DNA of 64,000 nucleotides from a virus: IMG/VR virus record IMGVR_UViG_3300037504_000288; one strand, 5' to 3'. Shown piece by piece: positions 57,810 to 64,000 of this stretch (position 1 is its first letter; each line of letters starts with the position of its first letter). The notes under the pieces were generated by a model. It saw only the letters and a program-made list of their open reading frames with translations, ran no database searches and was not told where the DNA came from. The position numbers and the translations under genes were made by a program.

Positions 57810-58682
57810 ATGAAAGAAAAATTGAGTCGTGAAGAGCGACAAGAACAGAACGCTAAGAAAGGTGTGGTTATCGGGTTGGTGGTAATATTCGCTGTTATTA
57901 TTTTAGCTATATCGACCACAGTCATAACCGACGGTGAGGTCGGGGTTAAAAAAACGCTAGGTAACTATGACGATGATGAATTAGGTACCGGGTTGAAATT
58001 GTACATGCCGATAATCTCGACAATCGAGAAAGTGAACGTGAAAAAAGAGAACGTCAAAGAACACGTTTCAGTACCGAGCGAGGAAGGGTTAATGGTGGAA
58101 CTTGACGCGAGTGTTATATTCAGGCTGAAGCCTGACCGGGCTAGCGAGATTAAACAAACTGTTTCAGGCAGCATCCATGAGACTCTGATTAAGCCGTACA
58201 TCCGAAACGGTATCAGGGACGTCGCTAGCGGTTATGAGGCCAAGAGCATTTATAGCGATAGCGGTCGTGAAGAGATTAGTAACAAACTACAAATATATCT
58301 GTCCAGTAAACTTGATGAGAACATAATCGTCGAGGACGTATTATTACGCGACGTTAAACTACCAACGCGTGTTACCGACAGTATCGAGCGCAAGATTGAC
58401 GCTGAACAACGCGCGCAAGCCAAGGAGTTCGAACTACAATCGGCAGTCAAGGACGCCGAGATTGAGATTGCGAGGGCTAACGGTACAGCGACCGCTAACG
58501 AGATTATCGGCGACAGTATCAGCCAAGAGTACATCCAGTACAAGTTTGTTGAAGGCTTGAACGACGGTAACACCGAGGTAATTTATGTGCCGACCGAAGG
58601 TAACATTCCAATCATGGAAGCCGGAAGGTTCAACATGAACAGAGCGGTCGAGAACCCGTCAACAAACAATAACACAGTATAA
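57810..58682 (+). CDS. SPFH/band-7 (stomatin/prohibitin/HflC-like) membrane protein
   Basis: N-terminal TM VVIGLVVIFAVIILAI, then SPFH core (EVGVKKTLG... LMVELDASVIFRLKPDRASEI ... DVLLRDVKLP ... AEQRAQAKEFELQSAVKDAEIEIARA). Confidence 0.65.
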   Translation: MKEKLSREERQEQNAKKGVVIGLVVIFAVIILAISTTVITDGEVGVKKTLGNYDDDELGTGLKLYMPIISTIEKVNVKKENVKEHVSVPSEEGLMVELDASVIFRLKPDRASEIKQTVSGSIHETLIKPYIRNGIRDVASGYEAKSIYSDSGREEISNKLQIYLSSKLDENIIVEDVLLRDVKLPTRVTDSIERKIDAEQRAQAKEFELQSAVKDAEIEIARANGTATANEIIGDSISQEYIQYKFVEGLNDGNTEVIYVPTEGNIPIMEAGRFNMNRAVENPSTNNNTV

Positions 58683-58708
58683 TTTTATTTTTTTTTTCTT
58701 TTTTTTTA
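58683..58708 (+). terminator. oligo-T terminator
   Basis: ttttattttttttttctttttttttaat after SPFH gene. Confidence 0.45.
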
Positions 58709-58740
58709 ATGCAGAGGACGAGTTAAGGAAGGTTAAATAA

Positions 58741-58766
58741 AAACGAAACATTTATATATTAGTTAG
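58741..58766 (+). promoter_or_regulatory. class-1 promoter
   Basis: AAACGAAACATTTATATATTAGTTAG, ~30 nt upstream of 58795. Confidence 0.5.
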
Positions 58767-58794
58767 TATATACTATTAGTGAAGGTGATTGTGA

Positions 58795-59037
58795 ATGGTG
58801 GATATTGATAAAAAAATATTAGAGAGTATGCGGACCGTGTCAAGGGAAGAGCGTGCCGCTATAATGAGCGCTTTCAAAACATTGAAAGATAAGCCTGAGA
58901 CTAAACTGTACATGGCGCTGTTCAGGGACATTATAATGTTCAAGGACATGACCAACGCGTTCCTCATGGACTACAAGCTTAAGATTAGAGAGTTAGAGGA
59001 CCGGGTCGTAGAGTTAGAGCAAGCCAAGGGTCGATAG
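58795..59037 (+). CDS. small coiled-coil protein (80 aa)
   Basis: ORF track. Confidence 0.45.
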   Translation: MVDIDKKILESMRTVSREERAAIMSAFKTLKDKPETKLYMALFRDIIMFKDMTNAFLMDYKLKIRELEDRVVELEQAKGR

Positions 59038-59211
59038 TATGGGACGCGCTATACTGAGAGGGTTCAAGACTAAGGCCGAAGCTGACGCTTACTTGTTGGG
59101 TGTCAAGGATGCTCCCGAACTCCCAGGGTACAACGAAGACTGTTATTTTGTGCTTGACGACCACGATTACAACGGCGAGTGGACCGTTAATTATGATTAG
59201 ATAAACTGAAA

Positions 59212-59502
59212 ATGACTGAACTAAATTTTTCAATACTAATTAAATCGATACCTTTATTAATGTGGCTGATTAGTTTTATGATATTTTTTAATATATTACC
59301 GCCCGTTATGGAGTGTGCCGACGGCGATGATATTGTAGGCGATATAACTTGCGTTAGCGATAACGGTAGCGTGTACAATGTCGAGGAGGAAGGTGTTGAG
59401 AATAAGTTCGAGAGATGGTATAAAACCATAATATATTCGACACTGTTAATGATGATTAGTGTTATGTCGATATACTTTATGTTTATAGAATGTGAAGATT
59501 GA
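59212..59502 (+). CDS. small membrane protein (96 aa)
   Basis: Two TM helices. Confidence 0.4.
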   Translation: MTELNFSILIKSIPLLMWLISFMIFFNILPPVMECADGDDIVGDITCVSDNGSVYNVEEEGVENKFERWYKTIIYSTLLMMISVMSIYFMFIECED

Positions 59503-59992
59503 CTTATTGGGAAGAACTGGCGAATGAAATGAGAGAAGAATTAACTGAAAAATAGTAACAGTTTTTCGAGAGTGATAACATGAAAACAAAAGATAGAGAA
59601 GCTGTAAATACAGAATGTGACTGTCTTCGCATAAAAAATATTATGCGTTTGTTCGCTGACGCTTACAAATGGAGGTAATTGCTATGAAAACAACAGAACA
59701 AATTATAAAAGAAATTGACGAAAAGGGAGCATTTGAAATAATTTGTATTGCATCCCCTGAAGATGGTTCAGTACGAATAAATACTGATTTACCTCATTGG
59801 AATTAATATGCTCAATTAGAATGGGTGTTGTTGAAAGAATTGAAAGAATTAATTAGGAGAAACAAGATGGATGAAGATGAATTAAAATGGAATAATACTC
59901 ATCCTGATTGGAATAAGGCATTTATAATGATAGAGAGTGCAATTACCTCAACTTCACATAATACAGATTAGTTTCAATTTGAGGTAGATATT

Positions 59993-60217
59993 ATGAGCAA
60001 CATAATAAGATGTGACAAATGTGGCTATGAAGAAAACTATAGTTGTCCCAAATATACTGAAAGAAGAACATTTCAAGAAAGGTACGAAGGTGTATCTATA
60101 ACTCACATTTGTTCAAGATGTGTTTTTAAGGATGCAATATCTTCCTCAAACTCCGCACCTAAAGGTGCTAAAACTAATAGTGATTATGTGTCCATTCATA
60201 AACTCACAAATAAATAA
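59993..60217 (+). CDS. zinc-ribbon small protein (AT-rich module)
   Basis: CDKCGY...CPKY...CSRC. Confidence 0.45.
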   Translation: MSNIIRCDKCGYEENYSCPKYTERRTFQERYEGVSITHICSRCVFKDAISSSNSAPKGAKTNSDYVSIHKLTNK

Positions 60218-60240
60218 ATTTGCTCCAGGAGGTAATCAAG

Positions 60241-60438
60241 ATGAACTTAAAAAAATATTATTTGTCTTTTAATAAAAAAGAATTATTAGAACAATTAATC
60301 AATCTCAAAAAAGGATGTGGTGCTAAAGTGGATAGCTATGGAAATTGTTGGCACATAGTTACTAATAATCCTAAGTATTGTAATAAATGTAAAAGACGAA
60401 TAAAAATAGTTGAAGAATTACTGGAGAACTTCCAATGA
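60241..60438 (+). CDS. zinc-ribbon small protein
   Basis: SD ggaggt; CGAK...CWH...CNKCKRR. Confidence 0.45.
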   Translation: MNLKKYYLSFNKKELLEQLINLKKGCGAKVDSYGNCWHIVTNNPKYCNKCKRRIKIVEELLENFQ

Positions 60439-60500
60439 TAATCGCAAATTTATTTACTTCACATAATATAGATTAAACAAAATAAATTTGAGGGCTTACA

Positions 60501-60734
60501 ATGAAAGAAAAACAAAATTCAATATTTGATTTAATTTGGATAATTCCAGAAATAATTGGAGAATTATTTATTACAGCTTATATTCCAGTAATGTTAGTAA
60601 AAGAACTTAGTATAGTTGGAGCATTAAGTATAACTGGAATGCTCTATATTGCTGTTATTTTTCTTTTACTAACAAATATGCGTTTAACTGGATTACATGA
60701 ATTATCAAAAATTAAATGGAGGAAATTAACATGA
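60501..60734 (+). CDS. small membrane protein
   Basis: ORF track. Confidence 0.4.
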   Translation: MKEKQNSIFDLIWIIPEIIGELFITAYIPVMLVKELSIVGALSITGMLYIAVIFLLLTNMRLTGLHELSKIKWRKLT

Positions 60735-60841
60735 ACGCCCTCAAATTTACTCAAGCCGACTTTGTCGGTCGTTTAATAAGTATTATATGTCCGTTCCCTA
60801 CGGTCACAAATTTTAGGGTTTAGCTAAGGAGGAAAAATAAA

Positions 60842-61030
60842 ATGGGAAATCTAATCAATGGAAATATTAATCAATTAGGTAAGATGCAAAAGATTAGTAC
60901 TGAAGTGACAATTATTCCACCAGATATTAAAGAGAGATTGGTTTCATATTTGAAATCAAAAAACGACATTGGTGAAATAATAGACGCAGATTGTCAGATA
61001 CTAATAGATGGTTGGAGAAAGATAGATTGA
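60842..61030 (+). CDS. hypothetical small protein
   Basis: SD aaggagg. Confidence 0.4.
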   Translation: MGNLINGNINQLGKMQKISTEVTIIPPDIKERLVSYLKSKNDIGEIIDADCQILIDGWRKID

Positions 61031-61119
61031 CGCTAAACCCTAAAACTTCATATAATAAAGATTATGCGTAATTTTTGCTTACGCAAAAACTTAAAAGCCC
61101 ACGAAGGAGGATGATAAAA

Positions 61120-61770
61120 ATGAATGTAAAAGAATTAAGACCTGTTGAAGCATTGTATCTTCTTTATCAGAACGATAAGGAAGAATTTGATGATGAAAAT
61201 GCACTTGCGGCAGCTTTAGTATATTTATCTATGGAAGGTCATATCAAACCTAAAAAGAAAGGTGAAGGATTTGTAGTAACAGATAAACCAACTGCAAATT
61301 TAAGACCTTATGAAAAGGATTTATTGAAAGCTATAAGAAGTAGTGATGATGAAGATATATTAAGTGCAGTTGATGATTTTAATTTTAAAAAATTTATGAC
61401 AGAAAATGGATTTTATGAAATTAGACCTGAAAAAAAGAAGTTTTTGTTTTTTAAATGGACAGCTAATGTAAGACATAGAACAACTAAATTTTCAGAAGCA
61501 CAAAAACACCTTATTGAAGTGAAGAAACAAATCAAAATCCTCAAAGATAAGAAGAAGTTTGATAATAAGATGTTTGCTATGACCTATGCTTTTCCAAGTG
61601 CAGGATTAACTAATGGATTTTTGAAATATGCTAAAGATGTTGTTGGTGAAGTTGAAAGTATACAAGCTTCACATGTCGCTGTCGTTGCCGCAGCAGTTGC
61701 CGCAAGTGCTGCTGCTTCATCAGCCGCTGCAATTAGTGCTGCCTGTGCAGGAGGTGCTTGTGGAGGTTGA
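61120..61770 (+). CDS. hypothetical protein with C-terminal Ala/Ser/Cys/Gly tail (...AAAVAASAAASSAAAISAACAGGACGG)
   Basis: SD aaggagg 10 nt upstream. Confidence 0.45.
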   Translation: MNVKELRPVEALYLLYQNDKEEFDDENALAAALVYLSMEGHIKPKKKGEGFVVTDKPTANLRPYEKDLLKAIRSSDDEDILSAVDDFNFKKFMTENGFYEIRPEKKKFLFFKWTANVRHRTTKFSEAQKHLIEVKKQIKILKDKKKFDNKMFAMTYAFPSAGLTNGFLKYAKDVVGEVESIQASHVAVVAAAVAASAAASSAAAISAACAGGACGG

Positions 61771-61944
61771 TAATTAGTGGGCTTTTAGTCCTAGTGGACA
61801 CGCATAATAGGAATTAATTTGAATATTACTCGGACAATATTTTAGTTAAAAAAACAAAATATTTCAAAAAGTCCTGAGTCATACTCAAATTAACACGAAT
61901 TATGCGTCCGTTCGCTGGCGCTCACAAATTGAGAGGTTTTCAAG

Positions 61945-62121
61945 ATGACAAGACAAGATGAACAAGAAATGAATTTAATAAATAGATGCAATCCAAATCT
62001 GTTCAGAGGTATGGACAGGGTTGGGATAATCAAATGTAAATGTGGAAGATTAAAAGAGTGGTTTAATGGTGAATGGGATTGTATTTGTGAAAACCACTCA
62101 ACTTCGCATAATAAGGATTAG
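61945..62121 (+). CDS. 58-aa zinc-binding mini-protein
   Basis: Not in track; SD gagagg; CNPN...CKCG...CICENH; ends in conserved cataataaggattag element. Confidence 0.35.
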   Translation: MTRQDEQEMNLINRCNPNLFRGMDRVGIIKCKCGRLKEWFNGEWDCICENHSTSHNKD

Positions 62122-62295
62122 TCGAAATTTTGTTTTCGGCTGGAGGAAAAAAGAATGGTTCAAAAAAATGTAATAGAGTTTGTTGATTGTGATGAAAATT
62201 ACAATGGTGCTGGACTTCAAAGAAATGAAATAAAAGACACTGATGAGTTTTATAAAATAATGAATGATGTTAAACAATATTATAAGGTGAAATAA

Positions 62296-62745
62296 ATGAA
62301 AAAAGAAAATTATAAATTTAAAGTTGGTAACAAGGTTAAGTGCTCTAATGAAATCACTCCTGAGTTTGGAGAAATAGTTTTTATATTTGATGAATCTTCA
62401 GTTCCTTACCTTGTTCGTTTCAAAGGATGGGTTGGTGGTCATGATGGCCAGAATGGTCTAGGTTATATTTGTCCTGAAGGTGCAGAGGAAGAACACTGGT
62501 GTTGTAACGAGAGTGACTTAGAACTTGCTAACGAAGGATTGTCTTTCATGGAAGCTGTCGATGCTATGAAGCAAGGGAAGAAAGTGAAGCGTAAAAATTG
62601 GACACGCTATTACTACTTATTTATGTCATCAGGTACTATTTATTATACTGCTGATAAAGGGAGAAATTATGATGAAATGATTCCAAGTCTTGATAATATT
62701 GAAGCTATTGACTGGGAGATAGTTGTTGATGAAGATAAAGATTGA
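62296..62745 (+). CDS. hypothetical protein (149 aa)
   Basis: ORF track. Confidence 0.45.
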   Translation: MKKENYKFKVGNKVKCSNEITPEFGEIVFIFDESSVPYLVRFKGWVGGHDGQNGLGYICPEGAEEEHWCCNESDLELANEGLSFMEAVDAMKQGKKVKRKNWTRYYYLFMSSGTIYYTADKGRNYDEMIPSLDNIEAIDWEIVVDEDKD

Positions 62746-62860
62746 AATTTAGCAGATAAGCCTTCAAAAACAAACAGAATATATGAACATGGTGCAGTAT
62801 TACAAGTTGGTAAAGATGTTTTTAACAAAGACTCATATTAAGTAAAGGAGATGAAAGAAA

Positions 62861-63046
62861 ATGAGTTATTGTATAAAACATAATCCACAACCAAACAACT
62901 GGGTAAGCGTTCCAAGAAATGAATGTGAAGTTTGTATTAAGAATGCTTTTGACCCTAAGAAATGTATGATTTGCAGAGAAAAAGACGGGGCAGAAATAGC
63001 TAATAGTTTGGTTGTTTGTAATAATTGTGAGGAGATGTATTTTTGA
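62861..63046 (+). CDS. Cys-rich zinc-binding small protein
   Basis: SD aaggag; 4 CxxC pairs. Confidence 0.45.
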   Translation: MSYCIKHNPQPNNWVSVPRNECEVCIKNAFDPKKCMICREKDGAEIANSLVVCNNCEEMYF

Positions 63047-63417
63047 TTTCCTCCAACTTTATTTAATGCTAACTATGGCAAAGCTCATAAAAGGTAAAAT
63101 GAAAACGTTATATAAAATATTATTAAGTATTTTTGGAGTTGCAATTGCTTTATTGTTAATTTCATTATTACCCATTCATGATTGTGGTTATCAATTGGCT
63201 TATTATCATTGTTCAGCATGGGGTTAAAATGAAAACAAGTCCCGCAAAATAAGGTGATTTATATGAATGAAAAACAAAAGTTATGGTATATTGCAAGTTT
63301 AAATGGATTTGCACTTGGATGTTTATTTGCAATTTTATTAATTTATATATTTGCTTGATAAAAGATTTGTCATAATGCCAACAAAGCTCATAAAAAGTAA
63401 AACATAAGGTGAATGAA

Positions 63418-63666
63418 ATGGAAGAATCACAAAAAACAATAGATATTGATGTAGAAAATGAAGAAGTAGTTACTTGGGTGACAAGAAATAACGGTCAGTA
63501 CACAGTAAGTGGTATTGCTAACGTAATGTTCAAAGGAAGGCGTGTGGAGGTTGATTTGGAAACAGAGGATTTTTTTATATGTCGAAGATGTGATGAAAAA
63601 CCTTTAATAACACGTACGGAGATTGATAATAATATGTGTAATGAATGTGTTAAAATTAAGACTTAA
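63418..63666 (+). CDS. zinc-ribbon small protein
   Basis: SD taaggtg; CRRC...CNEC. Confidence 0.45.
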   Translation: MEESQKTIDIDVENEEVVTWVTRNNGQYTVSGIANVMFKGRRVEVDLETEDFFICRRCDEKPLITRTEIDNNMCNECVKIKT

Positions 63667-64000
63667 TGAAATTAAATCTGAAATATATGATTTGATATTT
63701 CATACTTAACTCATAAAAGGTAAAGAAAATGAAAAGTACAATAAAGCTATTAAAAGCAAAAACTCAAAGAATGTGGATAGAAGATAATAAACAGATACAC
63801 GCATTGAATTATTGGTATTATAAATTATTTACACATTCATATAGAAATTATTTATTATTACATTTTAAGAAGTAAAAAATAATGAAGTTAAGTTGTTTAC
63901 TTAATGCTAACAAAGCTCATAAGGTGTAAAATGACTGATAAAAAAACCGAACAAATGTTAGAAGAAATGAGAACAGATATTTCAGTGGCAACATTAGATT

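Noticed and set aside
35296-61120. Longer N-terminal extensions given by the ORF track (35296, 36668, 38878, 44804, 52560, 55643, 60220, 61075, 28811, 12772..13149)
   Set aside because: The extensions overlap upstream genes or promoter motifs. They lack an SD, use TTG/GTG when an SD-preceded ATG is available, or break the conserved xDKI leader. Internal starts were preferred.
1-64000. Haloarchaeal (halovirus) origin, suggested by PolB/PCNA/RFC content, inteins and a mucin-like giant protein
   Set aside because: The proteins are Lys-rich and not acid-shifted, and the genome is AT-rich with TTTATATA promoters. This is inconsistent with salt-in halophiles. The host clade is left unassigned.

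Overview
The window is a gene-dense 64-kb stretch that reads as an archaeal virus or virus-like mobile element. No rRNA, tRNA, CRISPR array or housekeeping genes were found.

Genes sit in two divergent blocks: the minus strand from 1 to 27375 and the plus strand from 28844 to 64000. The ~1.5-kb AT-rich non-coding region between them (27376..28843) carries three archaeal ORB-like boxes (TTCATTTCCTGTGGAA) and about ten CTGCCAAG iterons, including a perfect 9-bp palindrome. A ribbon-helix-helix (RHH) gene faces outward on each side, so this is probably a replication origin plus control region.

Two dispersed promoter classes recur. Class 1 is AAACGAAAcATTTATATATTAGTTA (BRE plus TATA) in 7 copies. 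Class 2 is A7-8 TATATATATAAAT in 4 copies. Shine-Dalgarno GGAGG/AAGGTG spacing is used throughout. The proteome is Lys-rich and not acid-shifted, so a haloarchaeal host is unlikely. The host clade cannot be assigned from the sequence.

Left (minus) block:
- A giant signal-peptide surface protein of more than 3,290 aa (1..9900). Its reading frame continues past the window edge. It contains Ig-like modules and three 8-bladed PQQ-type beta-propellers built from 120-bp repeats. Two of the propeller arrays are about 93-95% identical at the nucleotide level.
- Three large low-complexity proteins of 915, 1189 and 607 aa, with PQ, QAQS and RD/Y-rich composition.
- A P-loop ATPase, possibly for DNA packaging, interrupted by two inteins only 6 residues apart. 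The second intein carries an HNH endonuclease and is broken by a +1 frame change exactly at the IntN/IntC boundary. That could be a frameshift, or a split intein.
- A DEAH-type SF2 helicase and several small proteins.

Right (plus) block:
- A near-complete replication set: RHH regulator, MCM-like AAA+ protein, DnaQ-type exonuclease, AEP-type primase, NYN nuclease, nuclease-helicase fusion, PCNA, RFC small subunit, family-B DNA polymerase with a mini-intein in motif C (YSD|intein|TDS), and a RuvC-like resolvase.
- Three consecutive toxin-like genes. They carry an H-G-T ART-fold motif (diphtheria-toxin/PARP/Tpt1-like), one has a zincin-like HEFGHEFVEDH motif, and all three share an N-terminal (F)(N/D)(I/L)DKI(L/Y) leader.
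- An SPFH/band-7 protein and many small membrane proteins.
- A compositionally distinct AT-rich module (~59500..64000) of small zinc-ribbon proteins with its own repeated gene-junction cassettes.

All functional calls rest on motif recognition by eye. No database search was run.
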